A DNA stretch of 64,000 bases from a phage: the NCBI GenBank assembly GCA_027337125.1, contig GCA_027337125.1_3057.1; one strand, given 5' to 3'. Below, one piece after another: positions 18,776-28,916 of the stretch; position 1 is the first letter of the stretch, and every line of letters starts with the position of its first letter. The notes beneath the pieces were generated by a model. The model was not told the origin of the DNA. It did not search any database and saw only the letters and a program-made list of their open reading frames with translations. Made by a program: the position numbers and the translations under genes.

Positions 18776-19491
18776 AAAAATATTTTACTATCTATAAAAC
18801 TGAAATATTAAATTTAAAGACTGGCATTAAGAAATATTATTATGGTCGACATATAACTAATAATATCAATGATTCGTATGTTGGTAGTGGAAATTATATA
18901 GAACGCGTAAAAGTGTCAAATGACCATATATTATCAAAAACTGTTTTAGAAGTTTTTGATAATTATGATAAAATGGTACAATCTGAAATATTATATATCA
19001 TGGCAGGCAAATTAAAATATGGTAAAAACTGTGTTAATCTGTCGTATGGGGGTGAAGGAGGAAAAGTTGCGGATGAAACTAGGATAAAATGTAAAAAGCA
19101 TTCCATAAATTTATGGAAAAATCCTAATCATATACAGCATATGAAGAAAAAGATGAAAGAGGTCACATCTACACCAGAAGCTAAATTAAACACTTCAATA
19201 AAAACTTCACAACGATATAAGGACCCAGTTTTTGTTAGAAAAGTTAGTAATATTATTAAAAAGGCACTAAGCAATCCTACGGTAAAAGAAAAGCATATTA
19301 ATGGAATTAAAGCTGCAAAGCGTTCTCATTTAACTATATGGCAGTATGAAGATGAATTATTCGAGCTTTGGAAAGAAACTAAATATGGATGGAGAAAATT
19401 TACAAAGGAAGCTATAAAACACGGGTATCCAAATGAACCGTATCGTAGTATGGTATCAACTTTTCAGAAAAGACATTTAGAAGAATCGTAA
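18772..19491 (+). CDS. GIY-YIG homing endonuclease (Seg-like)
   Basis: IYK...YYYGRH...YVGSG GIY-YIG motif; NUMOD-like PTVKEKH; ATGA overlap with AAA+ gene. Confidence 0.75.
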   Translation: MKKYFTIYKTEILNLKTGIKKYYYGRHITNNINDSYVGSGNYIERVKVSNDHILSKTVLEVFDNYDKMVQSEILYIMAGKLKYGKNCVNLSYGGEGGKVADETRIKCKKHSINLWKNPNHIQHMKKKMKEVTSTPEAKLNTSIKTSQRYKDPVFVRKVSNIIKKALSNPTVKEKHINGIKAAKRSHLTIWQYEDELFELWKETKYGWRKFTKEAIKHGYPNEPYRSMVSTFQKRHLEES

Positions 19492-19573
19492 GACAAAAAG
19501 GCAGTTCAGAAATAGATTATATGGACTGCCATCAAAAAGATGACTAGAATTAAACTGGTAAATGGAGGTAGTG

Positions 19574-19876
19574 ATGTTATACTCAAAGGCTCGTGAAATT
19601 TACGAAACTAAAATTAAAGAAGCAGTATTTCAGTTCGCAACAACAATGCGATGGACAAATGATTGGGAATATTCAAAAAATCATAAGAAGCCCCTGGTGA
19701 CAAGAAAGACTCATATGTTAGTGTTAATAGACCGTGAGCAGATTAAAGCCCGAGAAGCCCTCCAGAATCATAAAAAGGCTGCCTTTGAATGGTTTATGGA
19801 TAACACTGCTCCTGAGACTAAGAAAGCAGTGAGCGCTTGGTTCAGTGGAAAAAATTGTGAAAGAAGTTTCTTTTAG
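19574..19876 (+). CDS. hypothetical protein
   Basis: ATG 5 nt after GGAGG; 100 aa. Confidence 0.5.
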   Translation: MLYSKAREIYETKIKEAVFQFATTMRWTNDWEYSKNHKKPLVTRKTHMLVLIDREQIKAREALQNHKKAAFEWFMDNTAPETKKAVSAWFSGKNCERSFF

Positions 19877-19878
19877 TG

Positions 19879-19931
19879 GTTTACAAGACTGTTCCTCTGT
19901 GGTACTATACAACTATCAACTACGGAGGAAC
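19879..19931 (+). promoter_or_regulatory. early promoter inside inverted repeat whose 3' arm covers the SD
   Basis: GTTTAC-17-TACTAT; arms GTTCCTC / GAGGAAC (the latter is the SD of the 19937 gene). Confidence 0.6.
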
Positions 19932-19936
19932 ACAAA

Positions 19937-20464
19937 ATGAACGCTAAAGATATTTTCAACCTGGTAAATTACAACGACGGTAAATTTAAATCTGAAGCAC
20001 AAAGCAAGTTCTTTAATGACATCTCAATCGGAGGTGAAATCACGGTTGATGGAGGACAAATTTACAAATCCCGTTGGAATTGGATCGTTATTATTGATGA
20101 GATTGGTATTATAGAAATTTATAAGAATACGAATAAAAATCGTACATTACACTGGTCTCGTGATACTAACGAACAGTACAAAAAGGATAAAGCATCTAAA
20201 TTATCTCGTGTAACTCAAGAAGATATTGAGTTCATCAAGAAAGATATTTTGATGTATGATAACTTAATTGCTGAAGAGCAAGCTGTTATTGATAAATTTG
20301 ATGAGATTAAAGCTTCTCGTGAAATTCCTGATTTTATGAAAGAATCAGTAAATGAACGATACACTCTCATTTCAGAGCGTATTGAAACTTACAAAAAGCA
20401 AAGAGCTGAACGCCAAAATACTCTTCGGAAGTTTGAAGAACGGTTAAAGACGGTACTCGCATAA
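19937..20464 (+). CDS. hypothetical protein
   Basis: 175-aa ORF, C-terminal coiled-coil character. Confidence 0.55.
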   Translation: MNAKDIFNLVNYNDGKFKSEAQSKFFNDISIGGEITVDGGQIYKSRWNWIVIIDEIGIIEIYKNTNKNRTLHWSRDTNEQYKKDKASKLSRVTQEDIEFIKKDILMYDNLIAEEQAVIDKFDEIKASREIPDFMKESVNERYTLISERIETYKKQRAERQNTLRKFEERLKTVLA

Positions 20465-20519
20465 CCGCTTTATACCAAGGATGGTATAATGGTTCTAAGC
20501 CCTTTTAATTGAGATTATT

Positions 20520-20858
20520 ATGAAACAGTTGATAATTAAAAGATTGAATTTATTGATATGTTGTTTATGTATAGTAATTGCATATGGTTATTATGCTATT
20601 AATGATTATATGCATTATAAAGATTATGATGTTACTGTAGTTAATACCCTTACAGGAACTCAAGGAAAGGGGTCTAGTTTATCGTTTATTGCTGTATATG
20701 AACTAAATGACGGTTATAGATTTAGTGAATATATTTCCCCAGAGATGTATTCTTCAATAGAAAAAGGTGATAATATTACTGTAAGTTTACGTCCTTTCGA
20801 CGTAAAACAGACATGGTTTGATAATATTGTTTGGTTCTTTGGAATGGTATTAGTTTAA
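20520..20858 (+). CDS. membrane protein
   Basis: N- and C-terminal hydrophobic segments; TGGTATAAT extended -10-like box upstream. Confidence 0.5.
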   Translation: MKQLIIKRLNLLICCLCIVIAYGYYAINDYMHYKDYDVTVVNTLTGTQGKGSSLSFIAVYELNDGYRFSEYISPEMYSSIEKGDNITVSLRPFDVKQTWFDNIVWFFGMVLV

Positions 20859-20934
20859 TCTGTGTGTGGTGCTTATGTAGTCTGTTCAATCATATTCTGT
20901 GTATTTAGTAAAATTGAAATTGAGTGAGGAAAAT

Positions 20935-21825
20935 ATGTCAGTGGTAATTAATAATGTCAATGCAGTAATTAAATCTTTAGTTAATAAAAAAATGATGAAT
21001 GAATGGACTGTATTTCGTCGTGGAGAGCCAGATAAATTTTTTCATAGATTTAACCCAACTTTGGATTTGAATGTTATTGACAGAGATGTTCATGCCGAAA
21101 TTTTAGATAAGTTTAAAGTTGATATTGGCTTTGGATTAGAAAAACATTTACAGCGAACAAATGGGTCTGGAATGAGTTTATCTAATCGCATTATGAAAGC
21201 CCTTAATAAAATTGGAGCATTGTCTCGTATTAATGCGAGTGAAATCCTTCGCAATTATAATAAAGGATATGACCTTTATGATCGACTAATGCCGAAGTTA
21301 TCATTTGACCAAATGATAGCAGATTTGTGGGAAAATCAACGACGATTATTAGCATTAGGCGCTCGATTAGCTAAAGGTCTAGATAAACAAATGATTTTTA
21401 AGACCAATAATACAGAAGACCTTAAATGCTTTAAATTTAGTATTCGCGGAGATGATTATTATATCAGAGCTCGCTCTACAGATTATGTTAATATGGGGCA
21501 TCATCTCTGTTTAGCTTTTGAAGTTTTAAAAGAAGCTGGAACATTAGAATATTCATCTGGTGCAAAATGTCCAATTGGTTCAAGTTGTATTTTAATTTAT
21601 CGCCCTGATGAATCCAGTTCATCTAAATTACCTACAAAACCTGTACCAGTTCGTAGTAACGAAAAACATTCTGAACAAATTGATTATTTTAATAAGCAGA
21701 TTGAAGAGCTGAATATTTCTATTCAACAATATGATGATGAAATTTTTAGACTATCTGGATTGAGTAGTAAAGCTAAATCTGAGCGTGAAAAGTTAATTAA
21801 AATTGTTGATTTACTTAAATCTTAA
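20935..21825 (+). CDS. hypothetical protein with C-terminal coiled coil
   Basis: ATG after GAGTGAGGAAAAT; ORF-track start is GTG. Confidence 0.55.
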   Translation: MSVVINNVNAVIKSLVNKKMMNEWTVFRRGEPDKFFHRFNPTLDLNVIDRDVHAEILDKFKVDIGFGLEKHLQRTNGSGMSLSNRIMKALNKIGALSRINASEILRNYNKGYDLYDRLMPKLSFDQMIADLWENQRRLLALGARLAKGLDKQMIFKTNNTEDLKCFKFSIRGDDYYIRARSTDYVNMGHHLCLAFEVLKEAGTLEYSSGAKCPIGSSCILIYRPDESSSSKLPTKPVPVRSNEKHSEQIDYFNKQIEELNISIQQYDDEIFRLSGLSSKAKSEREKLIKIVDLLKS

Positions 21826-21833
21826 GGAATACT

Positions 21834-22862
21834 ATGAAAACTCGTTCTCAAATTGAAGATATTGTTCGTAATGCCAGTTATACTCGTGATGCTATGACAT
21901 TTTTGTGCGAAAATAATTTAGACCTTGGTAAAGTTAATTGTTCCATTCATGCCTTTAAGCATCTGAATAGCAGTGAATGGTTACGTCATTTTAGTAAAGC
22001 GGGGTATATTACACAAATGACTGCTCGTGAACAACTCGTTGATTTCTGTAAAACTATTGATTATAAAAATCCTCTATTTGTTCAAGGTGTTGGTCAAAGT
22101 AAGGTCGATTTATCATCTGGATTTTTCAATCCAAATCATTATCGTATTGAATGGAGATTTATTGCTCTATTTCGTAAACAACTAAAACAAATTTTGTCCA
22201 CAGCAAGTCGATTAAAAGGTTCTGATATCAACTTAAAGAATCTGAAATTTGATGGTTATACTCTTCAGATGGAAGTAAGACCATTAAAAGAAAATAATAG
22301 AACTGCACGAATTAGCTTTAAACCTAATACAAAAAATTCTCTTTCAATTTGCGAATGCCTTAAATCGCAGTTGACAGAAGCATTTAAGTATATGGATGTT
22401 GTTGCTGGTGTTCAGTCTAAGATTTCACAGCATTTCGAACGATTTAAATTAGACACAACAACATATGAACTTGATATGATCGTTTCATTTAAATATGATT
22501 TTTTGAGAAAGGACGAAGTCACGCAAGAGAAAAAGCAGGAAGTGCAAGATAACTTAAATTTAAATTTATCCAATTACTCATCAAACGATCCTAAATTTTG
22601 GATGTATAGTTCAGGTAATAAGGATGCATGGAAATTCAATAAAGTGAATTTTCTTCCTGTTGAAAATCCGAGTCTTAAACCTGTTGAAAAATGGCATGCT
22701 GATGCGATTGAGAAGTCTATCAAGGCAGTAGATGATGAACTCGTTAAAGCAACTAATGAAGTGTTAGAAGCTGAAAAGATGTTAGAAAAAGCTCAAGAAA
22801 AAGTCAAAAATCTCACGAAGCAACGTTCTAAACTGAACAATGCACTAAATGCACTGAACTAG
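21834..22862 (+). CDS. hypothetical protein with C-terminal coiled coil
   Basis: 342-aa ORF, AAGGAA SD. Confidence 0.55.
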   Translation: MKTRSQIEDIVRNASYTRDAMTFLCENNLDLGKVNCSIHAFKHLNSSEWLRHFSKAGYITQMTAREQLVDFCKTIDYKNPLFVQGVGQSKVDLSSGFFNPNHYRIEWRFIALFRKQLKQILSTASRLKGSDINLKNLKFDGYTLQMEVRPLKENNRTARISFKPNTKNSLSICECLKSQLTEAFKYMDVVAGVQSKISQHFERFKLDTTTYELDMIVSFKYDFLRKDEVTQEKKQEVQDNLNLNLSNYSSNDPKFWMYSSGNKDAWKFNKVNFLPVENPSLKPVEKWHADAIEKSIKAVDDELVKATNEVLEAEKMLEKAQEKVKNLTKQRSKLNNALNALN

Positions 22863-22891
22863 TTTACTTTACCACAAGGATGTGGTATAAT
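22862..22891 (+). promoter_or_regulatory. early promoter
   Basis: GTTTAC-17 bp-TATAAT. Confidence 0.55.
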
Positions 22892-22919
22892 GTTCTTACT
22901 TTCTACTGAGGAGATTAAT

Positions 22920-23921
22920 ATGACTCGTAACGAATATATCAAATCATTCAACAGCGTTATTGATGATAAAGCTATACCGATGTTTGGCCAAAATAGCGTT
23001 ATTTCTATTATCAATCAATGGCTCAATAGCGTTGACGCAAGTATTGTTTCTTCTGTTAAATTTATTCATGAAATTCGTAAAATTTCTAGCCGTGTAGATA
23101 AAGATGTTATCAAGAAAACCTTTAAAGAGTCTCGTCTTCTTTCATATTTGGTTAATCGGGATATTCTTGGTAATTTTGGGAAAGAAATTAAACGAACCAA
23201 AGATGTAGTAGGATATAATTGGTTCGGTGATGTTAATTCTTATCATCTTAATGTCAAAGAAGACCCCGAGAATATTTTTACTCGTCGTTGGATTAGTAAT
23301 TTCAGACTTTTCAAAGGACAGATTCTAAAATCAGCTTCTAAATTATGTTATGGTGATTATCGTCAAATTCATCCTTTGGCTTCTGATATGATTATCGTAA
23401 AAGAATATGAGCTTGATAAAAATAAAGTAGCTATTTTTGTGAATTATGAATTTTTTACACCAGAAACTAATCAAAAGAATATTAATAAATTTTTCTCAAT
23501 TGCTAGCACTATAACTCGTCAATTAGAAACCGCATTACTTTGTATGGAAACGGTAGAAAATATTCATACTTATCCTTTTAAGAATATGTGCGGTTGGGAA
23601 GGATATAAAATTGTAGTTAGTCTTCGTGAAGTGAAATGTGCTTATTCACCGACTGATAAAGAAATTTACCAACAAAAATGTGATGAAATTGTGAATACTC
23701 CTAAAGAAGAAACCACCCTTGAGGAACTAATGGATAATCTTAATGATTCGCCTGAACCAGTAGAAATTCGTCCAGAAGTTATTGCACTAGAAAAAGCTTA
23801 TAAAGAAGCTCTAGAAATTTCTAATAAAGCACAGAAAGAATATGTGCAGGCTAAAAGGATTTGGGAAGAATCTGTTAATCGCCTGGATCGTCTTGAACAA
23901 GCTTTACAGTTAATTAAGTAA
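22920..23921 (+). CDS. hypothetical protein with C-terminal coiled coil
   Basis: ATG after GAGGAG; ORF-track ATG lies within the -10. Confidence 0.55.
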   Translation: MTRNEYIKSFNSVIDDKAIPMFGQNSVISIINQWLNSVDASIVSSVKFIHEIRKISSRVDKDVIKKTFKESRLLSYLVNRDILGNFGKEIKRTKDVVGYNWFGDVNSYHLNVKEDPENIFTRRWISNFRLFKGQILKSASKLCYGDYRQIHPLASDMIIVKEYELDKNKVAIFVNYEFFTPETNQKNINKFFSIASTITRQLETALLCMETVENIHTYPFKNMCGWEGYKIVVSLREVKCAYSPTDKEIYQQKCDEIVNTPKEETTLEELMDNLNDSPEPVEIRPEVIALEKAYKEALEISNKAQKEYVQAKRIWEESVNRLDRLEQALQLIK

Positions 23922-23973
23922 TTTAAAGCCAAGGATGGCTCGGAGCATAAATCATTAACCAAGTGAGAAGAAA

Positions 23974-24216
23974 ATGACCAAGCGTAAAGAATATATGGAG
24001 ATTGCTGAAAAGGCAGTCCGTGAATTAGCAATAGCGTATTATAATGAACACGGTAAATTTCCTGATAGATACAGCGTGCTTAAATCTGCTTTAACTCGTT
24101 CATATAAAAATATGCTATCAGAAGTAAGTGATATTATATACAAACATAAAGAACAAACAGGTCAAAGTCTTGATTACGACGAGACTTTTAAACAAGTACT
24201 AGGAATTAAGGAATAA
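23974..24216 (+). CDS. hypothetical protein
   Basis: 80-aa ORF. Confidence 0.5.
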   Translation: MTKRKEYMEIAEKAVRELAIAYYNEHGKFPDRYSVLKSALTRSYKNMLSEVSDIIYKHKEQTGQSLDYDETFKQVLGIKE

Positions 24217-24217
24217 T

Positions 24218-24481
24218 ATGTTTAAAGTATATGGTTATGATAGCAACATCCACAAATGTGTGTATTGCGATAATGCAAAACGTCTCTTGACTGTGAAGAA
24301 ACAGCCGTTTGAATTTATCAACATTATGCCGGAAAAAGGTGTTTTTGATGATGAGAAAATTGCTGAGCTTCTGACGAAACTAGGTCGTGATACTCAAATC
24401 GGATTGACGATGCCTCAGGTATTTGCTCCTGATGGAAGTCATATTGGTGGATTTGACCAATTGCGGGAATACTTTAAATGA
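24218..24481 (+). CDS. nrdC: thioredoxin/glutaredoxin NrdC
   Basis: 87 aa, CVYC active site; matches recalled T4 thioredoxin. Confidence 0.9.
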   Translation: MFKVYGYDSNIHKCVYCDNAKRLLTVKKQPFEFINIMPEKGVFDDEKIAELLTKLGRDTQIGLTMPQVFAPDGSHIGGFDQLREYFK

Positions 24482-24693
24482 TGCTCGAAGGAACTGATTA
24501 TATCCATGACTACCGCGGAAGCGCGGTATATGTGGGTGATGAGGTTGCAGTTTATTATGGTTATGGAACTTTGATGACAGCAAAGGTTATTCAAATTAAA
24601 AATGGCCGCGCTAAACTCGAAGTTTATTATTCTAATGGTGAAAAGTCTATTTCTAAATGGAAATACGGCGATTGTATCGTCAAATTGGGGTAA
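24478..24693 (+). CDS. hypothetical protein
   Basis: ATGATG overlapping nrdC stop. Confidence 0.5.
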   Translation: MMLEGTDYIHDYRGSAVYVGDEVAVYYGYGTLMTAKVIQIKNGRAKLEVYYSNGEKSISKWKYGDCIVKLG

Positions 24694-24695
24694 AT

Positions 24696-24866
24696 ATGAT
24701 TTACGATATTAGTGTATCAAGAACTCCGTCAATGGTTACTATTCCAGCTGAAGAATTAGATCGTCTTCAGAAAATTGAAGAGCTTCTTTGGGAAATTGAA
24801 TCTGATTTGCCATCAGGATTAGAATCCTGGATTGATTATGAAGAACTTAATAAATTGCGAAATTAA
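24696..24866 (+). CDS. hypothetical small acidic protein
   Basis: ATG after GGGG; alternative upstream ATG at 24657 possible. Confidence 0.4.
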   Translation: MIYDISVSRTPSMVTIPAEELDRLQKIEELLWEIESDLPSGLESWIDYEELNKLRN

Positions 24867-24876
24867 GTGGTGACAA

Positions 24877-25197
24877 ATGACTATTGAAAATAAATTAGAT
24901 GTTGATGCAGTTCTGAGTGAAATCATCGAAGACCATGATGCATTTTCAGAAAACTATGATTTCGATTTTTCCGATTATCTTAAACCTGTCGAAATAGAAG
25001 ACTGGGTGCAAGATGGTAAATGCCAATATCGTCAGTGTGTTTATTTTAGCCCAAAACATAATGTACATGTTTCCGTAAATGAATGCCGTTCAGGTTCTTA
25101 TCATTCTGACTGGTATTATGCAGTTCCGACTGTTGAATTAGTCGAGCCCCGTGAACGTGTAGTAACCCAGACAGTACGAGAATGGATTACGCTATAA
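24877..25197 (+). CDS. hypothetical protein
   Basis: 106-aa ORF. Confidence 0.5.
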   Translation: MTIENKLDVDAVLSEIIEDHDAFSENYDFDFSDYLKPVEIEDWVQDGKCQYRQCVYFSPKHNVHVSVNECRSGSYHSDWYYAVPTVELVEPRERVVTQTVREWITL

Positions 25198-25320
25198 AAC
25201 CCTGGTGGGCGGCTAGATGGGAAACTGTAGAGCCAGAGCCGGAAGAACCGGTTTACACTGATGAAGAAACAGTATATAATGAACCAACGATAAACGACTT
25301 AATTGATATGGAGATGGGAT

Positions 25321-25704
25321 ATGATTGCAGTAGATAAGTGGTTTAGAATTAATCGTGCTGATATAGGGTTGTGTAATTACTGGCCGGAACTTAGTGCAGG
25401 TATTGTCTTTAAAGTTCGTGAACTTGTAAAAGAATGTGAAGATGACATAGAACCTGATATTGGAATTATTGAAATTGAACTTTCTGATGGAAAGATTATT
25501 AACATCTACGATAAGCCAATTACCTATTGGTGCTTGTGGAATACTGAATCAGTAGAAAATGGCGAAATTGAAGAAGTTGTAGAACGAGCTGATCAAGCTC
25601 TTCATAAACCTAAAGCCGCTTTTCAAGGTGAACGCATTTCATACGCATTAGCTAAATTAGCTGCACAAGAAAATAACGATGGTTATGAAGGAAATTTGAT
25701 GTAA
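25321..25704 (+). CDS. hypothetical protein
   Basis: ATG 7 nt after GGAG; ORF-track start is TTG. Confidence 0.5.
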   Translation: MIAVDKWFRINRADIGLCNYWPELSAGIVFKVRELVKECEDDIEPDIGIIEIELSDGKIINIYDKPITYWCLWNTESVENGEIEEVVERADQALHKPKAAFQGERISYALAKLAAQENNDGYEGNLM

Positions 25705-25785
25705 GCTGCGGCAGAATATATTGAATGGCTTGAAACTCAAATTTCTTTTTCTGACCGAGCGTTTTAATACTTGAAAATAATAAAT

Positions 25786-25810
25786 ACCCTTATCTATTCA
25801 AGGTAAGGGT
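25786..25810 (+). promoter_or_regulatory. hairpin immediately upstream of gene 49 start
   Basis: ACCCTTA / TAAGGGT stem then TTTATT; T4 gene 49 is known to be regulated by 5' hairpins. Confidence 0.45.
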
Positions 25811-25816
25811 TTTATT

Positions 25817-26290
25817 ATGTTATTGACTGGCAAATTATATAAAGAAGAAAAACAGAAATTTTATGATGCACAAAACGGTAAATGCTTAATTTGCCAACGA
25901 GAATTAAATCCTGATGTTCAAGCTAATCACCTTGACCATGACCATGAATTAAATGGACCGAAAGCTGGAAAGGTACGTGGGTTGCTTTGTAATCTCTGTA
26001 ATGCGGCAGAAGGTCAAATGAAACATAAATTTAATCGTTCTGGCTTAAAAGGACAAGGCGTTGATTATCTTGAATGGTTAGAAAATTTACTTACTTATTT
26101 AAAATCCGATTACACCCAAAATAATATTCACCCTAACTTTGTTGGAGATAAATCAAAGGAATTTTCTCGTTTAGGAAAAGAGGAAATGATGGCCGAGATG
26201 CTTCAAAGAGGATTTGAATATAATGAATCTGACACCAAAACACAGTTAATAGCTTCATTTAAGAAGCAGCTTAGAAAGAGTTTAAAATGA
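25817..26290 (+). CDS. 49: endonuclease VII (Holliday junction resolvase)
   Basis: 157 aa, zinc-binding CLICQ...C and HLDHDHE motifs; matches recalled T4 gp49. Confidence 0.9.
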   Translation: MLLTGKLYKEEKQKFYDAQNGKCLICQRELNPDVQANHLDHDHELNGPKAGKVRGLLCNLCNAAEGQMKHKFNRSGLKGQGVDYLEWLENLLTYLKSDYTQNNIHPNFVGDKSKEFSRLGKEEMMAEMLQRGFEYNESDTKTQLIASFKKQLRKSLK

Positions 26291-27108
26291 ATGTAGTATA
26301 TAAACTATCATTTGTTAATAGAATTAATGCTAAAACCCCGCCATATTATTACATTGGAAGTAAAACTAATTGCACTTTTGATGGAACGAATATTATTGAT
26401 AAAAATGGTAAATTTTATTATTCGTCTTCGTCATCTTCTGAATTTCAAAACGCTCTATTGAAAGAAACGCCGAAAGTTGAAATATTATATTTTCAATTAG
26501 TCGGAGATGAACAAATAACTAGCATTGAAGCTGAATTTCAAAAGAATGTAGAAAAAGATGTATGGAATAAAGAGTATTTTAATTTAGCATATGCTGATGG
26601 CCAATTTACGACATATGGTATTTCTCCTTCTAAAGAAACTAGAGAAAAGCAATCAATAACCATGATTAAAAGAAATCGTAATAAAGGCAAAAATCATGGA
26701 TTTTATGGAAAGCATCATACTAATTTAGCCAGAAAGAAAATATCAGAAGCTTCTAAAAAATACTGGAAAGAAAATCCACATCGTGGATTTTCGCATACAA
26801 AGGAAGCTAAAATTAAAATTGGAATTTCATCTTCTATCAGGCATAAAGGAAGTGGAAATCCGATGTATGGTGTAAAACCTTGGAAAACTCCGAGAGCAAT
26901 TAAATCTGGTACTTGTATATTATGGTTAAAATACGCAGAAATTTTATATGATTATTTAGGTCCAGATTTTAAAAGTAAATCATCTGTTTTTGTGGATTTA
27001 AACTTACCGAAATTTAGAATTGATAATTTCATCAAAAGGTTTAAAATGGGTTGGAACCCATATTTAGACGAAGAATTTCAAAAGGATAAATTAGAATTAT
27101 GTCTTTAG
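26287..27108 (+). CDS. GIY-YIG-type homing endonuclease-like protein
   Basis: VYKLSF...YYIGSK GIY-YIG-like N-terminus, NUMOD-like NHGFYGKHH and GNPMYG motifs; overlaps nrdD start. Confidence 0.6.
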   Translation: MNVVYKLSFVNRINAKTPPYYYIGSKTNCTFDGTNIIDKNGKFYYSSSSSSEFQNALLKETPKVEILYFQLVGDEQITSIEAEFQKNVEKDVWNKEYFNLAYADGQFTTYGISPSKETREKQSITMIKRNRNKGKNHGFYGKHHTNLARKKISEASKKYWKENPHRGFSHTKEAKIKIGISSSIRHKGSGNPMYGVKPWKTPRAIKSGTCILWLKYAEILYDYLGPDFKSKSSVFVDLNLPKFRIDNFIKRFKMGWNPYLDEEFQKDKLELCL

Positions 27109-28916
27109 AGAAAGATGTTTTAAATTTTATTTCAAATAAAGATAAAGAATTAAATACCGAAAATGCCAACAAAGATTCTCGTGTCTTTCCAACAAAAAGA
27201 GATTTAATGGCCGGTATTGTTTCTAAACATATCGCTTGTAGTATTCTTCCAAGCCATATTGTAAATGCTCATAATGCCGGGTTAATTCATTTTCATGATT
27301 TAGATTACAGTATATCATTGCCTTTTACTAATTGTTGTTTAGTAGATTTAAAAGGAATGCTTGAGAACGGATTTAAGCTTGGTAATGCACAGATTGAAAC
27401 TCCTAAATCAATCGGTGTTGCTACTGCAATTATGGCACAAATTACTGCACAGGTTGCTTCCCATCAATACGGCGGAACGACTTTTGCTAATGTAGATAAA
27501 GTACTTTCTCCTTATGTTAAACGCACCTATGCAAAACATATTGAGGATGCAGAAAAATGGCAAATCGCTGATGCGTTAAATTATGCTCAATCTAAAACAG
27601 AAAAAGACGTATACGATGCATTCCAAGCTTATGAATATGAAGTAAATACTCTCTTTAGTTCAAACGGACAAACGCCTTTTGTAACAATTACATTTGGTAC
27701 GGGAACTGACTGGACTGAACGAATGATTCAGAAAGCAATTCTGAAAAATCGTATTAAAGGTCTTGGTCGTGATGGGATAACTCCTATTTTCCCTAAGCTT
27801 GTTATGTTTGTTGAAGAAGGTGTTAATCTTTATAAAGACGATCCGAACTATGATATTAAGCAGCTTGCTTTAGAGTGTGCAAGCAAAAGGATGTATCCTG
27901 ATATTATTTCAGCTAAGAACAATAAAGCTATCACTGGTTCATCTGTTCCTGTTTCTCCAATGGGTTGTCGTAGTTTCTTGAGCATATGGAAAGATTCGAC
28001 TGGCAATGAAATTCTTGATGGACGTAATAATCTCGGTGTTGTAACACTGAATCTTCCTCGTATTGCGTTAGATTCTTATATTGGAACACAGTTCAATGAA
28101 CAGAAATTTACTGAATTATTCAATGAACGAATGGATTTGTGTTTTGAAGCTTTGATGTGTAGAATTAGTTCCTTAAAAGGAGTTAAAGCGACTGTTGCTC
28201 CTATTCTTTACCAAGAAGGCGCATTCGGGGTTCGTCTTAAACCTGATGACGACATAATTGAGTTATTTAAAAACGGTAGAAGTTCAGTGTCTTTAGGATA
28301 CATTGGTATTCACGAATTGAATATTCTTGTCGGTCGTGATATTGGACGAGAAATTTTAACTAAAATGAATGCTCATCTTAAACAGTGGACTGAAAGAACC
28401 GGATTTGCTTTTAGTTTATATTCGACTCCTGCTGAAAACCTTTGTTATCGCTTCTGTAAACTTGATACAGAGAAATATGGAAGTGTAAAAGATGTTACCG
28501 ATAAAGGCTGGTACACTAACAGTTTCCATGTTTCAGTAGAAGAAAATATTACTCCGTTTGAAAAGATTTCTCGTGAAGCTCCATATCATTTCATTGCGAC
28601 AGGTGGTCACATTTCTTATGTTGAACTTCCTGATATGAAAAATAACTTAAAAGGTCTTGAGGCCGTGTGGGATTATGCCGCACAACATTTAGATTATTTT
28701 GGTGTTAATATGCCAGTAGATAAATGTTTTACATGTGGAAGTACCCATGAAATGACTCCTACTGAAAACGGATTTGTTTGTTCTATTTGCGGAGAAACTG
28801 ATCCTAAAAAGATGAACACAATAAGAAGAACGTGTGGTTATTTGGGAAATCCGAACGAACGCGGATTTAATCTCGGTAAAAATAAAGAAATCATGCATAG
28901 GGTTAAACACCAATGA
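27099..28916 (+). CDS. nrdD: anaerobic ribonucleotide reductase NrdD (uninterrupted)
   Basis: 605 aa, C-terminal glycyl-radical motif RTCGYLG and zinc ribbon CFTCG...CSICG. Confidence 0.95.
   Translation: MSLEKDVLNFISNKDKELNTENANKDSRVFPTKRDLMAGIVSKHIACSILPSHIVNAHNAGLIHFHDLDYSISLPFTNCCLVDLKGMLENGFKLGNAQIETPKSIGVATAIMAQITAQVASHQYGGTTFANVDKVLSPYVKRTYAKHIEDAEKWQIADALNYAQSKTEKDVYDAFQAYEYEVNTLFSSNGQTPFVTITFGTGTDWTERMIQKAILKNRIKGLGRDGITPIFPKLVMFVEEGVNLYKDDPNYDIKQLALECASKRMYPDIISAKNNKAITGSSVPVSPMGCRSFLSIWKDSTGNEILDGRNNLGVVTLNLPRIALDSYIGTQFNEQKFTELFNERMDLCFEALMCRISSLKGVKATVAPILYQEGAFGVRLKPDDDIIELFKNGRSSVSLGYIGIHELNILVGRDIGREILTKMNAHLKQWTERTGFAFSLYSTPAENLCYRFCKLDTEKYGSVKDVTDKGWYTNSFHVSVEENITPFEKISREAPYHFIATGGHISYVELPDMKNNLKGLEAVWDYAAQHLDYFGVNMPVDKCFTCGSTHEMTPTENGFVCSICGETDPKKMNTIRRTCGYLGNPNERGFNLGKNKEIMHRVKHQ

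Noticed and set aside
25182-25337. 51-codon ORF spanning the gap between 24877-25197 and 25321-25704
   Set aside because: No convincing SD, overlaps both neighbours and is proline/glutamate-rich low complexity; left unannotated.
27099-28916. Expected group I intron with I-TevII in nrdD
   Set aside because: nrdD is one continuous 605-codon frame ending in the glycyl-radical motif; no interruption or intron-like structured insert is visible.
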